A stretch of DNA of 64,000 nt, taken from Chitinophaga pinensis (GTDB lineage Bacteria; Bacteroidota; Bacteroidia; NS11-12g; UBA9320). The DNA is taken from positions 45,005-109,004 of the forward strand of contig CAMDBP010000001.1 in the NCBI GenBank assembly GCA_945889315.1, in the 5' to 3' direction. A model generated the notes under the pieces. That model was given only the letters and a program-made list of their open reading frames with translations, had not been told where the DNA came from and did not search any database. How positions within the stretch are numbered: the stretch's first letter is position 1; each line of letters starts with the position of its first letter. Of the stretch, positions 16,759 to 25,241 are shown in pieces. Made by a program: the position numbers and the translations under genes.

Positions 16759-19581
16759 ATGTTTAGTATTTCGGTACATCCTCAATTAGGTGTGCTAATA
16801 CATCCCTATGTTGTTGCTTTATCTATCCACCAAACACTTACACTTACCTATCAAAAAGTATTTTCGGGTAACGCCGCACATTACCATAAATTAACTGCCG
16901 AAGACTTAAAACTAATCGCTAGTCTTGACGATTTGATGGAAGAATCTGTTGTACGTAAGTTTTCACCTGAAAAAAAAATACGCCCTAAAGAATATTTCAA
17001 AAAGTATCACACTGAATTATTGCAAGCCGATGTAATTAGGCCATGGTTAGAAAAACAAATTGCAAATTTTCTAGCCATTTTACCATTGAATGCAGACCAT
17101 CTTTATGTGGCTGACGAAATAAACCCCGCAGCATTCCCGATAGAAATCAACCGAGATTTCACTAAAGTTCTTTTCCATTTTCATAAGACCGAACTAGGTA
17201 CGAACTATTTTGTAACCCTTAAGCATAATGAAGAGCGTATTCCGTTTATGAAAATTGGAGGCCTAATGCTCACTAAAAAACCAGCTAGAATGGTCGTTAA
17301 CGGTCAACTTTACCGGTTTTACGACTTTGTAGATGGGGCAAAACTGGCGGTATTCCTGAATAAAAAACTGGTCTTTATCCCTAAAACCAGTGAAAAAAAA
17401 TATTACACTAACTTTATAAAACCGTTACTTGAAACTTCACCTGTTTTTACTAAAGGTTTTGAAATTATTACGTTAAAAGAAGAGGCTAAACCCAAGCTCT
17501 CATTAGCCTTAAAAAATGGAAAATACGGCTTTAATGTAATGATTGACTATGGCGGCCTGAGTTTCCCTTTTCACCAAGACAAACTCTTCCACGTAAAACT
17601 AGAATGGAACAGAGATCAGCCCATATTTACCAAATATAAACGATCTCAAATATGGGAAGCCAATAGAATAAATGCCCTCAGTGAACTTGGCCTTACCTTA
17701 GTTTCAGGCTCATTTTTTAGTTTAATAGCTAAAGACTTACAATCATGCATTGACTGGATCAGAACCCATAACGAAGTGCTGGCAGCTAGCCATTTTGATG
17801 TATCGTCTACGATTGATGAAAAATACTGTATTTCACCCTATCAACTTCATTATAACATAGCAGATAAAATTGATTGGTTTGATCTAAACGCGCAAATTAT
17901 CATTGGCGAGGAGACCATCCCTTTTAGCCAGGTTGTAAATGAAATACGAAAAGGTAACGATCGAATAATACTGCCAAACCATGAAGTTTTTCTATTCCCA
18001 AAAGAATGGTTCGCGCTAGGTGAAGCATTAGCTGGGCAAAGCACTAAGAGCAATACCTACAGTATAAAAAAATACCAAGTCGATATTTTGGGACTCATAC
18101 AGTCCAAAGAAATCAAACAACATCTTACCAAGCTGGTTGCCATACAAGCTGAAAAACCTCATTCTAACTTTGTAGGCACTTTAAGAAACTACCAACTAGA
18201 TGGTCTAAGTTGGCTGATGTTTTTAAAAAACAACAACTTTGGAGGTGTATTGGCAGATGACATGGGCTTAGGAAAAACAGTGCAAACCATTTCATTCATG
18301 CAACGTGTGAAGTACGATATGTTAAAAAGTTCTGAGAGAAAAGCTAAGTTTCTACTTGTTGCTCCGACCTCATTACTTTATAACTGGGTGTATGAATGTA
18401 AGCAATTTAGTCCTGACCTCTCAACCGTAATTCACTCGGGCACCAAAAGAGCTAAATCGCCAGTTGAATTAGAAAAGTACGACGTAGTCATCACTACATA
18501 TGGGCTCATTCGAAATGACGAGTCTCTTTTTACGCAACTGCATTATGACGTGCTTGTTTTAGATGAAAGTCAAAATATAAAAAATCACACCGCAAAAACG
18601 ACTCAAAGTATAGCTAAACTAAATGCTGCATGTAAGATAGCGCTTACTGGCACGCCAATAGAAAATAGTATACGCGATTTATGGAGCCAGATGAATGTGC
18701 TTAACAAAGGATTATTAGGCACTTTAAAGCAATTTGAAACCCGATACGCTAAGCCCATTGAAAAAGAGGGAGATGAAGTAAAAGCAGAAGAACTTAGAAA
18801 AATCATAAAACCATTCTTACTCAGGAGAACAAAGGAAGAAGTGGCCAAAGAACTTCCTCGTCTCACCGAAAAAATCATCTATTGCGACATGACAGAAGAG
18901 CAAGCGGAGTATTATGAAACCATCAAATCTGAATACCGAAATAATATACTCGACCTAGTAGATCTGAAAGGATTTGAAAAGTCAAAATTCTCGATCTTAC
19001 AAGGATTATCAAAACTACGTCAATTGGCAAATCACCCGTCATTAATAGACGAACAATATACTGCTAAGAGCGGTAAACATGATATTTTACTTGAAAAAAT
19101 CGCGTCAGCAATTTCTGATGGGCATAAGCTCTTGGTGTTTTCTCAATTTGTGAGATACTTAGAAATTATTGAAAAAGAATTACAACGATTGGGGCTATCT
19201 TATTATAAACTTACAGGTGCAACAAGTAAGGAAAATAGAGCAAAACGGGTAAAGGAATTCCAAACTCAACTAAATCCTGCTGTTTTTCTTATTTCACTAA
19301 AAGCGGGAGGAACTGGCTTGAATCTTACCTCTGCCGATTATGTATTTATAGTGGACCCGTGGTGGAACCCTGCTTCAGAAGCCCAAGCAAGAGATAGAAC
19401 ACATCGAATAGGACAAAAAAACAGTGTATTCAGTTACAAGTTTATCTCGAGAGATACTATTGAAGAGAAAATATCCTTGCTACAGCAAAAAAAACAAGGT
19501 TTCTCAAAAAACATTATCGTGTCAGAAAACAATGTTTTAGCTAATCTTGACATGAATGAGATACAATATTTATTGAGCTGA
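16759..19581 (+). CDS. SNF2-family helicase/ATPase with a long N-terminal SNF2-associated region
   Basis: C-terminal half has SNF2_N and Helicase_C motifs: Walker A 'ADDMGLGKTVQT', DEAH-like 'LVLDESQNIKN', motif VI 'QARDRTHRIGQKNSV'. The N-terminal ~450 aa lack known catalytic motifs. The track ORF starts at GTG 16726; the first ATG is 16759. Confidence 0.8.
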   Translation: MFSISVHPQLGVLIHPYVVALSIHQTLTLTYQKVFSGNAAHYHKLTAEDLKLIASLDDLMEESVVRKFSPEKKIRPKEYFKKYHTELLQADVIRPWLEKQIANFLAILPLNADHLYVADEINPAAFPIEINRDFTKVLFHFHKTELGTNYFVTLKHNEERIPFMKIGGLMLTKKPARMVVNGQLYRFYDFVDGAKLAVFLNKKLVFIPKTSEKKYYTNFIKPLLETSPVFTKGFEIITLKEEAKPKLSLALKNGKYGFNVMIDYGGLSFPFHQDKLFHVKLEWNRDQPIFTKYKRSQIWEANRINALSELGLTLVSGSFFSLIAKDLQSCIDWIRTHNEVLAASHFDVSSTIDEKYCISPYQLHYNIADKIDWFDLNAQIIIGEETIPFSQVVNEIRKGNDRIILPNHEVFLFPKEWFALGEALAGQSTKSNTYSIKKYQVDILGLIQSKEIKQHLTKLVAIQAEKPHSNFVGTLRNYQLDGLSWLMFLKNNNFGGVLADDMGLGKTVQTISFMQRVKYDMLKSSERKAKFLLVAPTSLLYNWVYECKQFSPDLSTVIHSGTKRAKSPVELEKYDVVITTYGLIRNDESLFTQLHYDVLVLDESQNIKNHTAKTTQSIAKLNAACKIALTGTPIENSIRDLWSQMNVLNKGLLGTLKQFETRYAKPIEKEGDEVKAEELRKIIKPFLLRRTKEEVAKELPRLTEKIIYCDMTEEQAEYYETIKSEYRNNILDLVDLKGFEKSKFSILQGLSKLRQLANHPSLIDEQYTAKSGKHDILLEKIASAISDGHKLLVFSQFVRYLEIIEKELQRLGLSYYKLTGATSKENRAKRVKEFQTQLNPAVFLISLKAGGTGLNLTSADYVFIVDPWWNPASEAQARDRTHRIGQKNSVFSYKFISRDTIEEKISLLQQKKQGFSKNIIVSENNVLANLDMNEIQYLLS

Positions 19582-19625
19582 GCTACAATAGTTTAAATTT
19601 GCCAGACAAAATAAAAACACAATAA

Positions 19626-20363
19626 ATGAAAAAAACCTTTACAATTCTCTTAAGTATTATTTCAACTATGTCTATTGCGCAACTAGACTGGGCCGTTAAA
19701 AGCATAGACAAACCTGTAGATTTATACACCAATGATGACGGAACGACGGAAGTTGTTGCGCAAGTAACATTAGAAAATCTGGGTGAAACCATCCCTGCAG
19801 GCGATACGTTCACCATTGCTTTAGCCATTTTTAGAGGAGGGGATGGAGCTCTTTTAGTTGCTTCACCAAACTATACTCTTTTAAACCCAAGTGAATCTGT
19901 AAAAGGAAGCATATTAACTACAGCAGAAATTAGCTTTAAAATTAATGCAGGGATTACAGGTTCAGTTGATATGCCTATTTTTATGGGTGCATTGAGTTAT
20001 CATAGAAATAGAACTAGTCCAAAAGAAGACATCGATTCTAACAACAATTTTCTTTTGAAGGAGATGAAATGGAAATCTATTGGCAAATTATCATTGAATA
20101 CGGTTGCTTTTGAAAACAATATTTCGGCATACCCTAACCCTGCAAATGCTACCATAAACGTTGCCTTAAATTATGTACAGCAGGGAGCTACTACTATTGA
20201 ACTTATAAACTTAAATGGACAAGTAGTAGTAAGCCAAAATGCGACCGATATGTTCAATACCAGCAATTCAATGGATGTTTCAAATCTGGAGAAAGGACTT
20301 TACATCTTAACAATAACGAATGGAGATGCTACGTATACTCGAAAAGTTAGTGTTACTCACTAA
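19626..20363 (+). CDS. T9SS type-A sorting-domain protein (secreted, function unknown)
   Basis: Signal peptide. C-terminal ~80 aa 'AYPNPANATINVALNY...IELINLNGQVVVSQN...LEKGLYILTITNGDATYTRKVSV' matches the Por-secretion C-terminal domain. Confidence 0.75.
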   Translation: MKKTFTILLSIISTMSIAQLDWAVKSIDKPVDLYTNDDGTTEVVAQVTLENLGETIPAGDTFTIALAIFRGGDGALLVASPNYTLLNPSESVKGSILTTAEISFKINAGITGSVDMPIFMGALSYHRNRTSPKEDIDSNNNFLLKEMKWKSIGKLSLNTVAFENNISAYPNPANATINVALNYVQQGATTIELINLNGQVVVSQNATDMFNTSNSMDVSNLEKGLYILTITNGDATYTRKVSVTH

Positions 20364-20386
20364 TTTTAACAGTTAAATTATCTTCT

Positions 20387-20425
20387 AAAAAGCCGCATTC
20401 TTAGCTGAATGCGGCTTTTTATTTA
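20387..20425 (+). terminator. Rho-independent terminator
   Basis: AAAAAGCCGCATTC-ttagct-GAATGCGGCTTTTTATTTATT: perfect 11-bp stem plus T-tract, 24 nt after the stop. Confidence 0.8.
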
Positions 20426-20524
20426 TTAAAAAACATACGATTAACCTTAATATTGTACTCGTCTAGGAGAAAGCATGCTCACACAATTAAGTGCTTCTGT
20501 TGGATATTAGAATATACCGCATTA

Positions 20525-22063
20525 ATGAATAAACGAAATATACTTACCCAAAAACTTGCTGCAGCTAAATTAGGTGGCGGTCAACATAGAATAGACGCTC
20601 AACACACTAAGAAAAAGCTAACAGCACGCGAAAGGCTGGATTTACTCTTAGACCGCAACTCATTTGAAGAAATTGGGGCGCTTGTTAAGCATAGAAGTAC
20701 CGACTTTGGCATGGAGAAAATGCACTATCCTGGCGATGGGGTGGTTACAGGTTACGGTACAATTCACGGCCGATTAGTATATGTTTTTTCGCAAGATTTT
20801 ACTGTTTTTGGAGGTTCTTTATCTGAAACGCATGCTGAGAAAATATGCAAGATTATGGATATGGCGATGCGCAATGGCGCTCCTGTTATTGGACTCAATG
20901 ATAGTGGCGGCGCACGTATTCAAGAAGGAGTTGTTTCCCTTGGAGGTTATGCAGACATATTTTACAGAAATACATTGGCTAGTGGTGTAATTCCTCAACT
21001 TTCTGCAATCATGGGCCCTTGTGCCGGCGGAGCAGTATACTCACCTGCCATAACAGACTTTATTCTCATGGTAGAAGATACAAGTTACATGTTTGTAACC
21101 GGCCCAAATGTGGTTAAAACAGTTACCAATGAAGAAGTATCTTCAGAAGATTTAGGCGGTGCTTCTGTACACAGTGAAAAGAGTGGAGTAGCTCACCTTA
21201 CTGCCGCAAATGATCTTGAAGCAATAGAAGACATCAAAACACTTCTTAGCTATATGCCTCAGAACTGCGAAGAAAAAGCACCGAGAATTGCATATGATCT
21301 GGGGGACGAAATACGTCACGAGCTAGAAAAAATTGTGCCCGATAGTGCAAACCAACCTTATGACATGAGAGATGTTATTCACGGTATTATTGACCGAGAA
21401 TCATTTTTTGAAATACACACCAACTTTGCACCCAATATAGTTGTTGGATTTGCTAGACTAGCAGGCAGAAGTATAGGTATAATTGCTAACCAACCTGCAT
21501 ATCTTGCTGGTGTTTTAGATGTGCAATCTTCTCAAAAAGGAGCTCGTTTTGTAAGATTCTGTGACTGCTTTAATATTCCACTTCTCGTTTTAGAAGATGT
21601 ACCAGGATTCTTACCTGGCACAGATCAAGAGTGGAATGCCATTATTACCAACGGAGCAAAATTACTGTACGCGTTTAGTGAAGCGACCGTGCCTAGAATA
21701 ACGGTTATTACCCGAAAAGCCTATGGCGGAGCGTATGACGTTATGAATAGTAAACACATTGGGGCAGACCTAAATTTTGCGTGGCCAAGTGCCGAGATCG
21801 CTGTTATGGGTGCAAAAGGAGCTGCCGAAATTATATTCAAAGGCGAAATAAGTGCCGCTGCTGATCCAGCTGCAGCATTGCTTGAAAAGGAGAAAGAATA
21901 TGCAGAAATATTTGCAAACCCTTATCGCGCAGCAGAAAGAGGCTTTGTGGATGAAGTAATACTCCCGGAAGAAACAAGAGTTAAACTGATTAAGGCTTAC
22001 GCAATGCTGGAAAATAAAGTTGCCACCTTACCCAAAAAGAAACACGGAAATATACCACTGTAA
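20525..22063 (+). CDS. Acyl-CoA carboxylase carboxyltransferase subunit (propionyl-CoA carboxylase beta / methylmalonyl-CoA decarboxylase alpha family)
   Basis: Full-length similarity: 'RERLDLLLD', '[40 protein letters not shown]', '[13 protein letters not shown]'. The track ORF starts at 20453, but the conserved N-terminus begins at ATG 20525. Confidence 0.85.
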   Translation: MNKRNILTQKLAAAKLGGGQHRIDAQHTKKKLTARERLDLLLDRNSFEEIGALVKHRSTDFGMEKMHYPGDGVVTGYGTIHGRLVYVFSQDFTVFGGSLSETHAEKICKIMDMAMRNGAPVIGLNDSGGARIQEGVVSLGGYADIFYRNTLASGVIPQLSAIMGPCAGGAVYSPAITDFILMVEDTSYMFVTGPNVVKTVTNEEVSSEDLGGASVHSEKSGVAHLTAANDLEAIEDIKTLLSYMPQNCEEKAPRIAYDLGDEIRHELEKIVPDSANQPYDMRDVIHGIIDRESFFEIHTNFAPNIVVGFARLAGRSIGIIANQPAYLAGVLDVQSSQKGARFVRFCDCFNIPLLVLEDVPGFLPGTDQEWNAIITNGAKLLYAFSEATVPRITVITRKAYGGAYDVMNSKHIGADLNFAWPSAEIAVMGAKGAAEIIFKGEISAAADPAAALLEKEKEYAEIFANPYRAAERGFVDEVILPEETRVKLIKAYAMLENKVATLPKKKHGNIPL

Positions 22064-22097
22064 TATCATTTGTATAATTATGATATTAATCATAGAG

Positions 22098-22141
22098 TTT
22101 GAACCTAATTTAAGTTAACTTTGAACCTAAATTAAGTTAAT
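22098..22141 (+). repeat. Tandem direct repeat, 2 x 22 bp (20/22 identical), immediately upstream of and overlapping the start of the 22140 gene; contains a TAnnTTTG-type promoter -7 box
   Basis: TTTGAACCTAATTTAAGTTAAC / TTTGAACCTAAATTAAGTTAAT. The junction reads TAACTTTG (22116-22123), matching the Bacteroidota sigma-A -7 consensus TAnnTTTG. The first copy is preceded by TAGAGTTTG. Confidence 0.55.
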
Positions 22142-22844
22142 GAAGAACATAATTTCTGCTTCAGTATTCATCCTAATTTTATTAGCAATGATTAGCTCCC
22201 AAGCGTGTAAGCATCAACCTGATGTTACTCCTAATAACAACCCAACAAGTCCTACTAACAGTGTAAGCTGCGATCCCGATAGTGTATATTTTGAAAATTC
22301 AATACTTCCTTTACTCGTATCATCTTGTGCAAAAAGCGGATGCCACGATGCCGCTACCCAAGAAGATGGTGTCATTTTGGATAATTACACGAATATTATG
22401 AAAACTGGCCGCGTTAAGGCTGGGAATCCAAGTGGCAGTGAACTATACGAAGTTATTATAGAAACACGTTCTAGTAAAGTAATGCCTCCCCCACCAGACA
22501 ACCCCTTGAGCGCCGAACAACAAGCGCTAATCAAAAAATGGATTGATCAAGGTGCTAAAAACAATAAATGTATCGAATGCGACAGCGTTAACGTTACTTT
22601 TTCAAAACAAGTAACTTCCACACTTAATGCAAATTGTGTTTCTTGTCACAATGCTTCATCAACCAGTGGAGGTGTAAGCTTACATAATTACGCAGCGGTA
22701 AAAACCAACGTAGACAATGGTAAATTAATAGGTTCAATTAACCATAGAATTGGGTTTGTAACTATGCCCCCCAGCGGAAAGTTAGATAATTGTAACCTCA
22801 CAATAATTAATAAATGGATAAATGATGGAGCACCAAATAATTAA
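22140..22844 (+). CDS. Lipoprotein with two Planctomycete-cytochrome-C-like (PSCyt1-like) modules carrying C(x)nCH motifs
   Basis: Lipobox (SSQAC). Two ~95-aa repeats. Repeat 1 'SCAKSGCH...YEVI...MPPPPDNPLSAEQQALIKKWIDQGAKNN' (CX4CH). Repeat 2 'NCVSCHNAS...GKLIGSINHRIGFVTMPPSGKLDNCNLTIINKWINDGAPNN' (CXXCH). Pattern C..CH...L..Y..v...G.L.G.v.H...MP......I..WI..GA.NN. Confidence 0.55.
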   Translation: MKNIISASVFILILLAMISSQACKHQPDVTPNNNPTSPTNSVSCDPDSVYFENSILPLLVSSCAKSGCHDAATQEDGVILDNYTNIMKTGRVKAGNPSGSELYEVIIETRSSKVMPPPPDNPLSAEQQALIKKWIDQGAKNNKCIECDSVNVTFSKQVTSTLNANCVSCHNASSTSGGVSLHNYAAVKTNVDNGKLIGSINHRIGFVTMPPSGKLDNCNLTIINKWINDGAPNN

Positions 22845-23208
22845 GGTTAAGACCTTAATCGTAGGTTTGATAGGATTGCTTTTTGTGGGTTGTTATTACG
22901 ACGTAGAAGAAGAGCTTTATCCTACCGTTAACTGCAATACTACCAACATTTCTTATGCCACAGACGTTGTTACTGTACTTACCAATAACAGCTGTATTTC
23001 ATGTCATAACAACACAAACCCACAAGGCAGTATCAAGCTAGACACCTATGCCGATGTGAAAATTAATGTAGATAATGGAAGACTTTTTGGAAGTGTAAAC
23101 CACGACGCTGGTTTTAAATCAATGCCTCAAGGAAGTACCACTAAAATAAATCAATGCTCGATAGACCAATTGCAAGCTTGGATTAAAGACGGAGCATTAA
23201 ATAATTAA
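22822..23208 (+). CDS. Lipoprotein with one PSCyt1-like CXXCH module (third copy of the repeat)
   Basis: Own signal and lipobox (LLFVGC). 'SCISCHNNTNPQGSIKLDTYADVKINVDNGRLFGSVNHDAGFKSMPQGSTTKINQCSIDQLQAWIKDGALNN'. Different frame from the upstream gene, with a 23-nt overlap. Confidence 0.55.
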   Translation: MMEHQIIKVKTLIVGLIGLLFVGCYYDVEEELYPTVNCNTTNISYATDVVTVLTNNSCISCHNNTNPQGSIKLDTYADVKINVDNGRLFGSVNHDAGFKSMPQGSTTKINQCSIDQLQAWIKDGALNN

Positions 23209-23220
23209 GCACACTAAAAT

Positions 23221-23667
23221 ATGATCAGACCAATTATAATCTTAATCGTAGCACTCGCAATAGGCGCAGCCTTCTATGGTTACAACACGTACAATAAACC
23301 TCATACAAATGTGGGTGAAAGTGAAGCAGCTGAGACATTACTCGCCAGTGAAATCTTTGTTGCATTTGACACCAACGAGCAAGCCGCAATGGCCCTCTAT
23401 TCTGACAAAGTAATTCAAGTAGAAGGAGAATTGTTAAGTAAAGACCTATCCAACGACAAAGAACCTCAGATACTCTTAAAAGGAAATGGAGATGAAGGTT
23501 TTGTGCGATGCGGATTTAAACCAACTGAATTAAGCAAAGTTCTGGCACTAACCGACAGTTCTACGGTAAAAATTAAAGGAATATGTATGGGTTGTAATGG
23601 TTCTGAAGAACTTGACCTACTCGGAAGCAAAGACGTCGTATTATCCAATTGTATCATAATCAACTAA
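23221..23667 (+). CDS. OB-fold protein of the tRNA_anti-like family (exported, N-terminal anchor)
   Basis: 148 aa, N-terminal hydrophobic segment. 'YNKPHTNV...LLASEIFVAFDTNEQAAMALYSDKVIQVEGEL...KGNGDEGFVRCGF' matches the family's conserved layout. Confidence 0.5.
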   Translation: MIRPIIILIVALAIGAAFYGYNTYNKPHTNVGESEAAETLLASEIFVAFDTNEQAAMALYSDKVIQVEGELLSKDLSNDKEPQILLKGNGDEGFVRCGFKPTELSKVLALTDSSTVKIKGICMGCNGSEELDLLGSKDVVLSNCIIIN

Positions 23668-23681
23668 TAACAAAATAACTC

Positions 23682-24245
23682 ATGAATAAAAAAATCATTC
23701 TTTTCGCTGCCATTACAACACTTGGTTTTATGGCATTTACAAACCACAGCGGTGGTGTTTACAAAACAAATACTGGAAATATCAACTTCTTTAGCCACAC
23801 CGCTGTAGAGGATATTACGGCTGATAATCATAAAGTAAAAACAGCTTTTGATGCCGAAACAGGCAAACTACAGTTTAGTGTGTTAATTAAGGATTTTGAA
23901 TTTCCTAAAGCGCTAATGCAAGAACACTTTAACGAAAATTACATGGAAAGCACTACCTATCCCAAATCAACTTTTACGGGTACTATTGATAAAATGAGTG
24001 CTGTGAATTTAGCAAAAGATGGAACATATAAATCTCCAATTACAGGCAAACTTACAATGAAAGATGTGACAAAAGACGTTAGTACGATAGCTACCTTCGT
24101 GGTTAAAGGAGGAATTGTAAATGCCAAAGCAACATTCACGGTAAACCCTACAGACTACCACATTGCAATACCAAAAACAGTGGCTGCTAAAATTTCCAAT
24201 GAAATTAAAGTAAGTGTTGACGCTGATTACACGCACGTACACTAG
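23682..24245 (+). CDS. YceI-like periplasmic (polyisoprenoid-binding) protein
   Basis: 187 aa with signal peptide. 'YKTNTGNINFFSHTAVEDITADNHKVKTAFDAETGKLQFSVLIKDFEF...STFTG' is the typical YceI lipocalin-like beta-barrel. Confidence 0.8.
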   Translation: MNKKIILFAAITTLGFMAFTNHSGGVYKTNTGNINFFSHTAVEDITADNHKVKTAFDAETGKLQFSVLIKDFEFPKALMQEHFNENYMESTTYPKSTFTGTIDKMSAVNLAKDGTYKSPITGKLTMKDVTKDVSTIATFVVKGGIVNAKATFTVNPTDYHIAIPKTVAAKISNEIKVSVDADYTHVH

Positions 24246-24255
24246 CCCAAGAACA

Positions 24256-24292
24256 TAAAAAAACCTTTTGAAATAGTTCAAAAGGTTTTTTC
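24256..24292 (+). terminator. Rho-independent terminator closing the 22140-24245 operon
   Basis: AAAAAAACCTTTTGAA-atag-TTCAAAAGGTTTTTTC: 13-bp stem plus T-tract. Confidence 0.8.
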
Positions 24293-24322
24293 AATTAACA
24301 CGTCTAATAATCAATCTCATAA

Positions 24323-25186
24323 ATGAAAAAAAGCCTTTTCTTTTTTATCCTTTTAGCAACTACTAAGTTATGCCTAGCTCAAGACGTTGATTTGTTAGAT
24401 GAGCCAGAATTAGAAACTACAGATTATGCTACCGCCACATTTAAAACCAATAGAGTGGTAAATGGGCACAGCATCGAAACCGTAGCTAAAAATGAATTCG
24501 ATTTTAAAATCTCTCATCGATTCGGATTTTTAAGCGGGGGACCATATGATATGTTTGGACTTGATCAAGCCACTATGCGTATAGGCGGAGACTATGGAAT
24601 AACGGATAACTTAAACGTAGGACTAGGTAGAAGTACAGTAGACAAAACCTATGATGGATTCATAAAATACAAATTCCTGAAACAAAGCACTGGACTAAAA
24701 ACAATGCCCTTAACCGCCACTTGGATAAGTCATATGGGCATAACCACTTTAAAATGGCCGCAACCAAATCGTGAAAATTACTTTTCTAGTAGATTACATT
24801 ACACGCACCAACTATTAATTGCGCGAAAATTTACGGAAGGATTAAGTATTCAATTAAGCCCTACATTGGTGCATAAAAATATTGTCGATTCCACTAAATT
24901 TAAGAATGACATCTTATCGCTAGGAGTGGGTGTTAGACAGAAGCTTACCAAACGTACTACACTAAACGTGGAGTATTATTATGTACTGCCTAATCAATTG
25001 GAAGAAGATAAAACAAATGTGCTATCAGTAGGTTTTGACATAGAAACAGGGGGGCACGTTTTTCAACTATTTTTCACCAACTCAAGCGGACCCTTTGAAA
25101 AAGCATTTATTACAGATACAAAAGCAAAATGGCTTGATGGGAACATACGATTCGGATTTAATATTGCCAGAGTTTTTGATTTTTAG
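24323..25186 (+). CDS. DUF5777-like outer-membrane beta-barrel protein
   Basis: Signal peptide. 'FKTNRVVNGHSIETVAKNEFDFKISHRFG' N-terminal motif. Alternating amphipathic strands. Ends in aromatic residues (RVFDF). Confidence 0.45.
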   Translation: MKKSLFFFILLATTKLCLAQDVDLLDEPELETTDYATATFKTNRVVNGHSIETVAKNEFDFKISHRFGFLSGGPYDMFGLDQATMRIGGDYGITDNLNVGLGRSTVDKTYDGFIKYKFLKQSTGLKTMPLTATWISHMGITTLKWPQPNRENYFSSRLHYTHQLLIARKFTEGLSIQLSPTLVHKNIVDSTKFKNDILSLGVGVRQKLTKRTTLNVEYYYVLPNQLEEDKTNVLSVGFDIETGGHVFQLFFTNSSGPFEKAFITDTKAKWLDGNIRFGFNIARVFDF

Positions 25187-25241
25187 TATGTTTGATAGAA
25201 TATTTCCGACTGTTTTAACAGGACCCTAACTTAAAGAACGT

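Noticed and set aside
22140-23208. The two PSCyt1-like ORFs as a single frameshifted pseudogene
   Set aside because: The first ORF ends with the same ...W(I)(N/K)DGA(P/L)NN-stop as the module consensus. The second begins with its own signal peptide and lipobox. This arrangement is consistent with two intact adjacent genes.
24323-25186. DUF5777-like barrel as a PorP/SprF partner of the downstream type-B cargo
   Set aside because: Lacks the QQDPQ(F/Y)SQYM-type N-terminus characteristic of PorP/SprF. Kept only as a hypothesis in a finding.
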